Of a DNA stretch of 64,000 bases, positions 40,301-54,400 are shown in pieces; position 1 is the stretch's first letter, and each line of letters begins with the position of its first letter. Under the pieces are notes generated by a model that was not told where the DNA came from, did not search any database, and was given only the letters and a program-made list of their open reading frames with translations. Source of the DNA: Cycas panzhihuaensis (lineage: Eukaryota > Plantae > Cycadophyta). Made by a program: the position numbers and the translations under genes. The stretch covers positions 184,023,741 through 184,087,740 of the forward strand of contig CM041465.1 in the NCBI GenBank assembly GCA_023213395.1, read 5' to 3'.

Positions 40301-43300
40301 TCTTGGAAAAATCTAAGGGGAAACCCATCAAGACCTGATGCTTTCTCTTTTTTCATACTAAAGACTACTCTTTTAATCTCTTCCTACGTGATGGAGGATT
40401 CCAAGACTCTATTTTTGTCTTCTCCTGTGATTTTTGGGATTAGATCTAGAACATCTCTCTTATCTCCCCTATCGTGACATCCAAGTTCACTAAGCATATA
40501 TTTAAAGTAATTCACCACCACTTCTTTTATATCTCTTTAGTCTAAGATTTCCTCACCATCTTTATTAACCAATACCTTAATTTGGTTTTGGGGTCTGTGT
40601 TTAAGTGTGTTCATGCGAAAGAATTTTGTATTTCTATCACCCTTGGCTAGCTAAAGGGCCCTAGACTTTAATTTCCAGTAGATTTCCTCCTTTAGAAGGA
40701 TTCCTTCCAGTTTAGAGAGAAGCTCTCTCTCAATTTGATCTAGAGTCTGAGATCTCCCTTCCTCTTTGATTTTCAACTCTACCTCCTTAAGCTCCTTCAG
40801 GTTCTTACTCTTTCTTTTAAAAATATTTTCATAGGTTCTGATGTTCTAATCTTTGACCTGACATTTTTCCTAATTCAACTTTTTAGAGAACCTTAGCATA
40901 GCACATCCTTCCTTAGGTTTTTTCCACCATTCTTTTATCAGCTCTTGAAGACCTGGGTCTTTAGTCCACATGAGGTCAAAGTAAAATGGGCCATCCATAT
41001 GTCTCTTATTATCAACAAATCCTAGCACCAAAGGAGAATGTTCTAAAACCATATTAAGTATAGCCTCTAATGATATATTCCTATACTAGCTAGCCCAAGC
41101 ATAGTTTATTAGGATTCTATCTAATTTAACTTGAATATGATTAGGTCCCAGTCTTCTATTGGACTAAGTAAACTTTGATCCCCTTAAGGTAAACATCCAT
41201 CATTCCCCCCTTCTGCATGAATTCCCCTAAGTACTCCATGCTCTTTGTCCAACTTCCCTGACCACCTTTCTTTTCTTTAGGGGACATGGCTATATTAAAA
41301 TCTCCAATAATTAGCCAGGGTCCCTTCCAGTCTTTATAGGCTTCCAGCATCCTATCCTACAAATCTCCATATAAGTTCTAAAATCCCTAACCATTCTATA
41401 TTTTGATGGGGCATTTATACTATGAATATTTCAGGAGGTGAGTTTCATTATACTGCCCCCTACTTCCTCATATCTCATCATTTCTTATTTCTTGTTCTCG
41501 GGCCCAAACCCCCTCCATCCCTAATGGTTCATTGGCTCCCTTGGTCAATCTGTGAGGTTGCTTCCCTTTCTTGCACCAGCCTTAATGGGGGTCTATTGAC
41601 CCTCTTTTCACTCCCAAAGTTTGGGCCCTTAATCTGTTTTGGTTCCTTGTACTTCTCTTGAATGCCCTTGATTTTCCATATCTTCTTAGTTTTTACTTAT
41701 CTTCATTATGAGAGGTAGGCTCCTCCCTTAATAGAATCTTCTCACCTTTGTTGGTTGTATCTATTTCTACCATGTATATCTAGGATTAAGTTGGAGTCAG
41801 AGTCCTCCTAGCCTCCTCTTTCTCTTCTTCCTTCCCAATTTTAAAGAGGGTATCTTTATCTTCTAGATTTAACACCTTTCTAGCCTCTAAATGATCTTCT
41901 TCCAAACTCTTCATGACCTCAGGCTCACCTGAGTGTCCAACTTATTTTTCATTGTCTTCTCCCTTATCCATCTAAGGGATTTCTTCACTCTCTTTCTTTT
42001 ATTCTCCTTGGTACTTTTAAGGCAAATGGCCTAGACACTTATATTTTAGACATCTTACATTATCAAGTTCATATACTAACTTTTGCTCCTTACTCTAACC
42101 TTCACTATCTATTTTCACCTATTCAAGAAGAGGTCTATCCATCCTGGCCAAGGCACAAAATCTGGCATTCACAAGCCTATTTCTATTTCTAGTTATTGAA
42201 TCCACTGCTAGCAGAGGGCCTATAACCTTTGCTATCCCCCTTATAACATTCATGTCCCATGCATGTAAGGGGAAACTAGGAAGTTGGACCCAAAAAGGAA
42301 CTTGCTTAATAGATCCCTTCTCTAGATTAAAGTCTAGATGCTACTTCTCTAGGATGACTACTTTTCTCCCATTATCCATGGAGCCTTAAGTAAAACGTTG
42401 ATCATGTCCTCTTAGCATATGAATTTGAAGAGCACACAGCCCTTAGGGAGTGCAACTACCTCTACTGATTCTTTTAATTTCTACCATGTCCCTATCTATT
42501 TCCTGATAGGGTCTATCCCAGGTCTAGGGCCCAAAAAGCATCCTACAAAGCAATTCTCCCAATACTTCTCCATGTGGTCAGATATCCTCTTTGGAATAGG
42601 GATCTTGATTGAGTTCTCCTTTATTATTGGGTTTATGTTAATTAGTTCCTCTACTTCATTCCTTAGGACTTCTAGGTATGATTTCCCCTTATTAAGAGTC
42701 TAATTAGGAGTTTGGTTATATCTGAGGGTTTGATCCAAAGTTAGGTCTTAATTATTTTCCATATTTTATAAAGTCTCTATTAATCTTATTTAAAAAACTT
42801 CAAATAGTGCTTTTATTATATAGTTATACGCAACCAAAATTCTTACTTAGTATAACAGGGTTTCTATCATAACCCCTCTAATTCTAAGGTGAGAAAGCCT
42901 TGTCTCCCCACTCTACCTCCAACATTTATCTTGAGGATCATTGCTTGGCCTTAGCTCTCCTCTCTTCTAGATCTAAATTAAACTCTTCTCATAGCTTTGT
43001 TCTTCATTCTCCACCCTGGGAGCACCTCTTATATATTGTAGCCGATCTCCTTTCTTGACACCCAACCTATAAACTTGTAGCTCTTTGCCTCTACTCTAAA
43101 TATGCTCCTCCCTCTATGGTCTAAAGCATAGTAACTCTCCTCCCTAAGATTCTCCAGCTAACCTAGAAATATGATTAACCTTTTGCGCTTTAAGTTTTTT
43201 CAGACTGAGTCCTTCTCATCTCTCATTTTGGTTACCTTCTTGTCTAGACTATGCTTCTCTACATGAAGCACCCTAAACAGGCCTGGATACCCCCTATACA

Positions 43301-43638
43301 CTATCCCTAAGCATCTCCTAGATGCCACAGTAGTCCTCTCATACCATCTAGGGTCACTCAAAGGTCCTTTGCACCACCTAAATTTCACAAATATGTGATA
43401 CCAACGAGTGGCCTTCCACCTTGATTTGATCACCATGATCTCCCTAAATTGGTCTTCATACCTCAATAGCTTTTGCATGAGCCATGTGATCCATTTAGGT
43501 GGCTCTATTTTTCCCACTCCTGTGCTCAAAAATATCCTGAATGCCCCCAGAATTATCTTCACCCTCTTCATGCTTAGAAAATCCTAATGCAGTTGTGCAG
43601 AAGGTAACACGTTTGCTCCTTTGAGCTTTCTACCATGA
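37314..43638 (-). mobile_element. Near full-length L1 LINE (uORF + ORF1 + ORF2 with RNase H)
   Basis: TSD ttattttct(t/c)tttt at 37300-37313 / 43639-43652; poly(T) on the + strand; ORF1 ATG 42762, ORF2 ATG 41448; RT YKPISLCN, KIDLSKAYDRV; internal EN deletion near 41365. Confidence 0.94.
42868..43571 (-). pseudogene. Extra upstream ORF (ORF0) of the LINE, ~235 codons, basic and Trp-rich
   Basis: 123-aa open ORF from an ATG ~70 nt inside the 5' end; the same frame continues ~110 codons with few stops and no frameshift. Confidence 0.55.
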
Positions 43639-46600
43639 TTATTTTCTCTTTTAAAATATAAACTAGGATTATTTATATATTTATTAAAGCTATTTTAAAT
43701 AAGATATTAATTAATTTTATTATACCAAGCTCTGTGGGCTTATTTAAGGCCATATAAAGATTTTTAAAGTTTGTATATTAAGTTAAGATCAGAAATAAAA
43801 TAGGTGGTTGAGTCATATAAATTTCTTCTACTAACTCACCATTTAAGAAAATACTTTTTACATGTACTTGATAGACTTCCCAAGCAAACTTGGCTACTAA
43901 AGATAACGATTTTAATAGTATTCATTTTAGTGATAGCAGCAAAGGTTTCATTAAAGTCAATCTCATCAACTTTGGAAAAATCCTTTGCAGCCAAATGACC
44001 TTTACATTTTTTTACTATACCTTCTAAATTATACTTAGCATGATAAATTCACTTACAACTGACTAAGTTCCTTCTAGGTAGAAGAGGAACTAAGTCCTAA
44101 GTATATTTTTTAATTAAAGAATCATATTCAACATTCATTACTATGTGTCAAACTAGATTTTTATTACCTTATTTAAAAGTTTATAGGTTAGACTACGACA
44201 TAACATTGGTCATAAGAGTAAAGTTAGTCTATAGTTATTGAGATCTATCTTTTTTGGTATGCAAAGGATTATTAGTTTCATATCTAGTAATTATAATGGT
44301 CTTTTGGGCCTATTTTGGCATTTTTTTTAGTATGGGAATTAGATATGGAAGTTTGTAATTCATCAAAAGTTTTATCATAGTCATAAAGAGTCTAATTTTA
44401 AACTTGTTTCTCTAGGTTAATCATTGCCTCTTCATCAATGTTGTTATTAAGCTTATTAGTTATAAAAGTGTCAAGTATAATATCATCAACAAGTAAAGGA
44501 ATTTGAACATAATCAAAACTAGATAAAGAACCATTTTTATCAAACTTAAGATCACGTCTAATAGTAATATTATATGTGATAAGATAAAAATTCTTCTAAG
44601 CTTTACTTTTCTCATTGTAACCAACAAAGATACATTTAGAGATCTATTTTTAATAATTATACCCAAGTAACACTTCTAAAGGCTTTGAAATATTTAATAG
44701 AAGGTTGACTACTTGACCATTTTTCTCAAGGAGTGATATTATTAATTACATTAGTAGGTAACATATTAAGAAAATAGTTTGAGTAGTTTATAACTTCTAC
44801 CCAAAGCTTTAGGTCTAACTATTTTGAGTGTAATATATATTAATCCATTACTACTAAGGTTTGAATCTTTCTTTTTACTATGTCATTTTGTTATATTGTG
44901 TAGGTAACAAAGCGTTAGAATATGATGCTTTTCTTTTTACTTAATTGAACAAATTCACTACTTAAGTATTCTTTGGTATAATTAGTCCTAAGAATCTATA
45001 TTTTAAAATTGGACTAATTTCAACTACAAATTTAAATTTAAGAAACCCATCAAACATTTCACTATATTATTTGATAATAAACATCCAATATTTTCTCAAG
45101 AAGACATTAATAAAAGTGATGAAATACTTCCTTCTAGAGTAAGAACAGACTTGAAAAGGTATATAAATATTAGAATGAATTAGCTGAAGAGGTTTTTTAA
45201 TCATAAATTTTATTTTGTTTGGCCAAGATTCCATGTATTATTTACCTAAAAATTAGGCTTCAAAAACACCATAAATAGTGGACAATTTAGGTAAACCATG
45301 AACCATATCATGTTGTTTTAAAATATGAATCTTTCTATGATTGGTATGATGAAAGTGAGCATGTCACAGTTGACTAATTGGGTTATATTTAGATTTAAAG
45401 GAAGTAAATGATGCCTCCTTATCTAAGCTAGTTAGGTCTAAATGATTATAGATACTAGTTTTACAATTAATTGGTTTAGAAGCAATTTCTTTAAACATAT
45501 TAAAAGGTTATTTTATTATGAAATCATCTTTCCAAAACTTTACTAGTAGATCTTTTCGAAAGATTTGATATATAGATAATAGGTTTAGCAACAAATCTGG
45601 AACATAAAATTCATTATTAATGGATCCATTTTTTAGAGAAACATTATTACTTCATATGACTTTGAGTTAAGAACCACTACTAAAATATATCTCATCACCT
45701 AAATTAACTCTAGGTTTATATGAGGAGAAATAGTCTTAATGTCATGTCATATGATGGAAAGCACTGGAGTAAAAGATCCAAGAGGGTGAAGATATTATAA
45801 AACTAAAAATGATTGAGGTGGAAGTAATTAAAGAACTACAGGATCTTGATTGATTACTTCTAGATGCTTTCTAGGCCTTAGAAGCTATCTAGTTTCTATA
45901 AATAACTATTATATATCCCTTTTTGTGATAATAAGCATGGGTTTAATTCATATTTTAACTAGTGTTTTTAATGAATTTTTAATTTAAACTTTTAGATTGA
46001 CTAGGACTATAGTGTACATGATAATTTTGTACTAGATGTTGATTAATAATTCTACATATTCTAGGGTTTAAATTATTAAATTTAGGATTTTGACTAGCAT
46101 GATTTATGGTAGGATCTCTATCATATTTTTGAGGTCTAAAATTATTATATGTTTTTATTGAATTTTGTTATTATTATTTTTGGTTTTAGGTCATTGAGTT
46201 AACCTAGTATGTGAGAAAAGAGTTTATGCAAGATCTTGTATCTCACCATTTTGGATAAGCATTGATTGGTATTAAATTAGTTGATTTATAAACTCATTAA
46301 AAGAAATAATAATATGACTACACTATTGTCTAGTAGTTTTATATTGATTAAAGGTTTAAGGTAATTTATTTATTACTTGATAAACAAGTATATTATTATC
46401 TTTAGAATATATTATAGTGATTATTTTATATTTTTCTATGATAATAGATTTAATATAATCTCTTAAATATGTATTAATTAACTACAAATGAGAGAGATAA
46501 ACTTTAATTCTAAAAAAGTATTCAAACTTAAGGTCATAACTTTTATTTTAAGATAGCAACTTCAATAGAATCTACCCTATCATATTTAGTTTTTAATTTG

Positions 46601-49600
46601 TTCCAAACTTTGGCAAGTCCATATGAGTTAGTGAATTGCCTTCGAATGCCAAGGGATAAGGATGTAAGGATGGTTCTTAAAGCACAATCATACTTCATTA
46701 ATGAAGCATTTAGATACCATAAGTTGGGTCTCTTAGTATAGATTGAAGATAAAATAGAGTAAAAAAAGGAGAATAATACTTCTAAAATGCTATTAAAATA
46801 TATTAGTAAGGGAAGTGATGTATATCTTTAGAGTATAGCTAAAAATAAGATGATATAGATTCCAAAATAATTCTTACTATTACTACCCTCTTCAAGGTGA
46901 GATTCCCTCCAAGCAGTGCAGCCGTAGAGGTGAGTAAATAGTAGCCTTAAGGATGAATTTGTAGCAGTCTAAACTCAGTTCTAAGATGGATTAGGTTGGG
47001 GTCAAATAACCCTTTATATAAATAGCTAAATGGTCATGAAGAAACCCACTAATTTAAGATGGAAGTCATTTAAAATATGGTCTTCAAAGTTAGCTAAATA
47101 ATTCCTGCTAACTTGAGATAGAAATTAGCTAGAAGATAGGCTTTAGGTTTGCTAAATTAAGGGTTATTTTTCTTATAACAAATCCTTTCCCTCAAAAATC
47201 TACTTTGCCCTCAAAGCATGGGTAAATTTAGGTGTTGTTATATCCATTGTTCTGATTCCCATATTGCATCGTCTAAATCTAAAGATTTCCACTTGATGAG
47301 GTATTCCTTGACCTTTTTGAATCATAGTTCTTTTATTCGTATTTATAAAATCCCATGTCGTTTAAAGATAATCTTCCCTTCTTCATCTAGTTTAGAGACT
47401 ATTGTCTAAGGTATTACCTTTTCCTCTACCTTCTTCTTAATGCAAGATACATAAAAAATATTATGGATCTTGCTTCTTGGTGGTAATGCTAGTTGATAAG
47501 CCACTTCCCCAATTTTCCCAATAACTTAATAAGGTTTAAAGAATTGAGGTGCTAACTTTTATCTGTTTGTTTGTTTCATTAATGATTGCTTATAAGTTTG
47601 AAGTCTTAGAAAGATTTAGTCTCCTATTATAAAGCTTCTTTTAGATCTTTTAGTATTAACTTGCTACTTTATTATGTTCCTCGATATATTCAAATTATCT
47701 TTCAAAATCCTTATTATTCATTTTGCATGTTCTTGTTGTTCATATACTACTTGTACTTATGATATTTTCATCTATCTAAGTATAGATAGTGGCTCATACC
47801 CATATGATGCATTAAAATATGTCATTTTTATTGCCATGTAGTAAGTGGTGTTATACCACTATTTGGCCAAATAGAGCCACCTATGCCATTAAGTTTGCTT
47901 ATCCAAAATGAAGTTCCTTAAGTATTCTACTAGGCATTTGTTAATTGCCTCTATCTGACCATCTAATTATGGGTGGTAGGTTGTACTCATATTTAACTGT
48001 GTTCCTATTAATTTGAATAGATCTTACCAAAAATCGCGTGTGAACTTTGGTTCCCAATCACTAACTATAATTTTGGGAACCCCATATAAACGATGTATCT
48101 CTTTCATGTATATCTCTGTTATTTGACTTACTTTTGCTATTGATTATGTGCCCATAAAACACGTGTATTTAGTTAACCTACCTAACGTTATAAAGATGGC
48201 ATCTTTCTATTTAGATCATGGGAGTCTTGTGATAAAGTTCATTAAGATTTCTTCCCATTTTTTATGTAAAATGGGTAGCAGTTATAGCAGTCCTAGACTT
48301 TTTATGTATTTGCTCTTATTTGATGGCATGAATCATATTTAAATATATACTTGAGGATATTTATTTTTATTTCCTTCTAATAAAAGGAAATTTGTACCTT
48401 TTGATATATTTTATCTGTTCCTATATGTGCTAATATTAGTAGCGAGTGGGCTTCTTCTAATATGACCTTTTTTAATTTGGAAGCTATTAGGATAAATATT
48501 TTTTCTTTCCTTATAATTAATTATCCTCATAATTCAATTTTGGAAGGCTTCTAGTCCTTAATCTCTTCTAATATCTTCTATAAAGGTGGATTGATCTTTT
48601 ATTCCTTGATTAATTCTTGAGTCTAGCTTGGTGTGGCTATTGATATTGCTCTTAATGAAACTTCTTCATTATTATCCCTAGGTAATCTTGAGGGAGCATC
48701 TACAATGACATTCCCTTTACCCTTCTTCTATACTATATTGAAATAAAAAGTTTGAAGCTTACTAACCCATTTTTATTATTCATTTAACAGTGACTTCTAG
48801 TTTAAGAAATATTTGAGATTGCCATGAACTATCTGAACTATAAATGTGTTTCCCAATAAGTACTAATGTCATTAATGTATAGTGCATGATCACCAATATT
48901 TCTTTGCCATAAGTAGGTTTGAGATTTTTTCTATTATTTAATTTCCTACTTTTATAAGTAATTGGCCATTCATTTTGAATTAGAACAACCCCTATTCTAA
49001 ATCTTGAAGCATCACATTCTAGAATGAATAGTTATGAAAAATCTAACATTGCTAAAACTAGAGTCTTTACCATCACCTTCTGGAGTTCTTCAAAGCCCTT
49101 TTTACTCAAGGATTCCATACAAAAATGTCATTTTTCATAAGGTCCATTAATGGGAATATAATATGGGCATATCCTTTTATGAATTTCTAAAGAAATCTTG
49201 CCACTCCAGAAAACTCTTGTCATATTTTTTGGTACTAGCCAATTAATAATGACCATAATTTTTTTCAAATCTATCTTTATTCCTTCCTTTGTGATAATAT
49301 GGCCTAAATATTCCAATTCCTTTTTTTTTAAATGTATATTTCTTTTGATTTACATAGAATTGATTAGTCTATAAGATTTATAGTATTACTTTGATAGAGT
49401 ATAGATGTTCCCTTGTATAAATCAAAATATCATTGAATTTCACAAAAATGGTTTGAGGATTGAATTCATAGTGCTCTGGATATTTGTTGGGGTATTCATT
49501 AGCCCAAATGTCATGACTTTGAATTCAAATAATCCCTTATGTGTACAAAAAGTTATTTTGTATATATTCTCCTCTTTAATATGAATCTAATAATATCTTG

Positions 49601-51423
49601 ATTATAGGTTAATTTTTGAAAAATATTGTATGCAGTGTATTTTGCCCAATAAATCATCTATCCATGGAATAGGATAATAATTTTTTACTATTAATTTGTT
49701 TAACCCTTGATAATCTATACACATTTGATATGATCCATCCTTTTTGGGATTGATTATGACCAGTAATACAAATGGGCTCAAGCTAGTTGCAATGTATCCT
49801 TGACTTAATAATTCTCTTGTGATATGTTTTATTTCTCTCTTTAGATGATAAGGGTGTTTGTAGGGTCAAATATTCACTAGGATTGCTCCAAGTATTAACT
49901 CAATGGAATGTTGACAATCTCATTGTGGGGGGAATCCCTTGGGGTTCTATGAATACAACTCTATGCTCATCTATGATTTTTTTTACGTCAGTTGGTCAAT
50001 CTTCTATCGCTATCATGTTACAAATTAATATGTATCCAAATGGATTCTTCATTATTATCTTTTCATGTGATGTGAAGATATCAATGATAATAGGGGTGTC
50101 GGCAGTGCCTATAATCTATATTTGCACCCTTTCTAATGGAAGCATATGAATCGGGTTATACAATTGGTAACTATATTACCCAATACTTATAACCATTAAA
50201 TTCCTAAGACTATATCTATTCCTCCTATAAGTATCAAGAACATACATGTATTTACTAAATAGTCTTCGATTTAGAGATTCACCTTCTAATAGTAGCCTCC
50301 ATAAGGAGTTATTTTTCCATTTGTAATGTTATTTGAAATATGTCCAAGGATTGTATTTTTAATCCTAGCTTCTTTATTGTGGCCTTGTTAATGAAGTTAT
50401 GAGTGTTATCATTGTCTATAAATATTGTAACTAGAACTCCTTTGATCATCCCTTAGAATCTAAGGATATGGGGTATAACACTTTATCCAATTATGGCTTG
50501 TAGCAAAATTTAGACATTGTCCATATCAACTTCTAAAAGTTTGTCTACTTCTACTTCCTCCTCTTGGATCTAATTTTCTTCTTTATGTTCCTCATCTAGT
50601 ACTTCTATTTTATCATTGTTGATCATAAATACCTTCATTGGTGATCTTTATTTTACTTTCATCCACATTTGAAATAAACTTCCTTTTTAAGATGTTTGAT
50701 TCTTCTTATTCCATTTATGTCTTTTATTGCCATTAGTGGGTCTACTTTTATGCCTAATTTGGTCCAACTTGGATTAGATCCTTGTTGCTAGCACGGTTCA
50801 ATTATGTGCTTATAGATGAGCCTATTCTCTCTAAATTCTACTTTTATATTCTTTGAATATCAAATTACTTCATAAATATTGAAGGGGTACATATTCTTAA
50901 TGCAAAATTTGATTGCTCCCTTTAATCTATTGATGTATGTTTCCATGATATATCCAACTAGTATTTATTACACTAAAGCATCTGGAATTGCTCAGTATAT
51001 TCTTGGATTATTCCACTCTATTACAACATCGTTAACTAAGTAAAATAGTTTGTGTTCCAAGAATCTTTATACTGCATTATTAAGCCTACCTTTAGATAGT
51101 CCCATGAATTTTGATAGCCCAAATTATCATTTTGACACCAATAAAACCATTCGAATGTCCTTCCATATAGGTGTAGATATGTTTTCGATATCTTTTATTT
51201 ATATGAAAGTTCATATACTTGGAAGTATATCTCTATTTGTAATATCTAACTCCAAATGTTTCTCGATCTTTATGGATCAAATTTTTCTAATGTAAATTTG
51301 GTTCCTCTAAGACCCTGATCTAATTGAGAATTCTTCTAATTTCATCATTCATAGGTAAGACCTCTGAATCTTCTTAAATTCTTTTGCTGATTATTTTCTT
51401 GATTATCTTGATATGGGAATAAT

Positions 51424-54400
51424 TATCGGGTTTAATATTTAGACTAATATTTAATTCATTAATTATTATGTAGATCTCCCCTTCATGCTCTTATAACCCT
51501 TAAGATTATTTTTATTATTATATTTTACTAATCTTAATATATGTGCAAGCGACACATTAGTTTATATACCAAGGCACCAAGAGCACATAATTTTTTATCT
51601 TGAGAGATCTCACACATATGTGAGTATCCTATATATGTATGCATATTTTGTATTGTAATACAACAAGTAGAGTTCATTTTCCATTATCCATCTTTATGTC
51701 TTATTTCTTCTCTCAAGATATGGTATCACTCTAATACCATATCCAACATTTGGTATCAGAGCTAGAATGGGTTTTGATCCCTTGAGGGACCACCTATTCA
51801 ATCACGAGATTCATTCTTTAAGTAAGAAATCTCATAGTTAGATTTTTTGTCAAAATCATATCATGGCTTATTTTTTCTTAACAATTTTTTCATTGTAATA
51901 CATAGGATTAACATATAGCAGTAAGTTATATTTTTTATAATGTTGAATGATGAAAATAGAATGTGAAGACTGTAGATTAGAGGATATATATAGAAATAAA
52001 AATTTTTAATGTTGGATAATGGCAATGAAACCTTACAGATCCAGAGTTGCAAGGAGATCATGCAAAATAGAGGCCTACTAATGTGATAATTAGCCATGGG
52101 TTGGCCATCCTAACAACTCAAATATGGGCTAGTTTTTCTCTTTAATACTTGTAGTCATATACAAGTATATCTTCTATTTTTAACTAATGTATTTGGCTTT
52201 CTTCTTTCCTTATAGTTATGAGTATTTATCTGTACTTTATCCACTATGATATTTATGCATTCAACATAAATTATATCCTCTGCAGTATCTATCAAATGAA
52301 TAGAGTATGTATGGTCATCTCATATTGTATATATCTCCCATAAGTTTCAACATGTACCCATTCCTCGAGTTATGCCTCTATCAAAGCTTATTAATAACTT
52401 CCTTGATGGTATAAGTAGTATCTATTTAGGGTATTGCAAAGGGCTTGGGAAGCAAATCCATAAAGTGTTGATGAGTCATAAGATAATTTTTTTTTTTAAC
52501 TTTGTTGGCCAAGTTGTAACATTACCTAGAATTTCTAGTCAGATGATTCAAGAGAGCATGTGTTTATTCTTGCTTGTAAGGGCTTATTAACTCAACAACC
52601 ATATGAAAGCCAAGCCAGATCCCTTCGGATTAGAGAAAAGGAAAATCCTTATAAATTTAGATATGGGCCTTTATAGATTCATCGACATCAATTTGGATGA
52701 GGAATGAATTCTTAGCGTGTGGAGGATGTTTGCTTTTCGATTAGAGAATCACTTGATACAAACTCTTAAATCAATTCTAAATAGATTAGAGTAAGCTTAT
52801 TGTGGGACTATCAGTGATGAATACATGCACATACCTGATCATGACAAATATAATTGGTTGAGAGACAAGATTAAGGCATTGGTTCTTAGAAAGTATAGTC
52901 TAGAATGAAGGTATATTATACTTGATAGGCTTATTTGGAGTACATAATTTAAGAATTTCTTGGCAATGAAGTAGGTTGTTGTAAAATGGTTTGGTTTTGA
53001 AGTTGTTGAAATTGTGATTGCTAGATATGGGAAGTAAGTAAGATTTAGTAGGGATGAAACGTGAGGGCAGCAGATCAAATTTATTAACCTCTAGGGATGA
53101 AATTTGAAACCTCCAAAAAATAAGATGAAATCAAACCTATCATAGTGAAGGAAGACAATAAGAATCATTATCAATTCATTATGTAAATTAATGTCACCAG
53201 TGCACCATCACAAACTTGCACGAGGAATTAAACAAAAATGGCATAAATGCTTCTTTTCTAAGGTTTTATTTTTGGGGCATATTAAAAAAATATGAGGTTT
53301 TTTTTATATAATTTAGAATTAGTTGCCTTTAAAAATAAATATTTTTTTTTTTAATTTTAATTGAATTTGAATGTGAATTGGAATCTAGCAACCCCTCGCC
53401 TACTAGAAGATGGTCGATGATAGTATGACTAGAACCCTAATACTAAAGGGGCTAAACATCATTTTAAAGGTATTTTTGATTTTTAAGCACCTAGTTATCC
53501 TATTTTCATCATATCTTCTTCATATGGAGTTTGATTTTGATTCTGTTAGTTGTGTTCGAATCATATTTCACTCCTCTTAAAAATGAGTACCTATTTGACA
53601 TCATTTGAGTTTGTTTTATAATAGAAAATATAGCCTAAAATTAAGTCAAAATTTTTATGTACTTAACAAATATTTAAATTAATATCATATAAGACCTTGA
53701 ATGTTATGTTTAAGCATTTAATACTAGCATCTTGCATGATGACTGAAGTTTAATATTATGTCATAAAAGTCCATTTAAAAATTAAGCCTAAAATAGCTAA
53801 GTTTAGTGATTTCTAACACTTTATGAGGTAATCAATGATGATGTTCTTATTAATTTAGCATAAAAGACCTTAGAAAAGGCATTGCACATGATTGGCTAAG
53901 TGTTGAAAGCTAAAGATGTGTGATAAGTTTGAAGAGTTTGGCATCAAGATTAAGTCCTTTTTCAACAATAATAGGTGATGATAAACTATAAGTGATAACT
54001 ATAAGAGGTAAATATCTTAGTTTAATCACTTCTTAATGTGAGATTTACTTCAATTACATGAGCATGATATATATGTATATGTCTTTTTTAAAAATCTACT
54101 ATGTAAAAGTCAAAATATATGATTTGTTCTGCATTAAACATTGTTATGTAATGCTGGCCTTGCAGCCTTTAAGGGATCAATGAAATCCCCATGCTTGCAG
54201 CCTTATTTAGTTGCTAAGACCCCTTATGTGTTAAGGTCTTAAGGTATGTTGAATCTTGTAGAAGCCATTGTGAGCTGATAAGCAGTAAGATGAAGCCCAT
54301 AGTGGCATGTTGCAAGCCCATAATGGTATGATCATAGCCTATTAAGGCATGATTTTGAGCCCATAGTGGTAAATTTAAGGCCATAATACCAATCATTATA

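Larger units (their letters stand above)
36455..46264 (-). mobile_element. Degenerate Ty1/Copia gag(C-term)-pol, split by LINE 37314-43638
   Basis: Degenerate zinc knuckle AYYHKKGY (~45920); protease WIFYSSAFHHMT (~45745-45780); integrase KYFITFINVFLRKYW; RT PSLYFKRE|NKDVTLLILYIDD; RNase H FIDFDWVG, WISKK, SRTKYIE. Confidence 0.85.
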
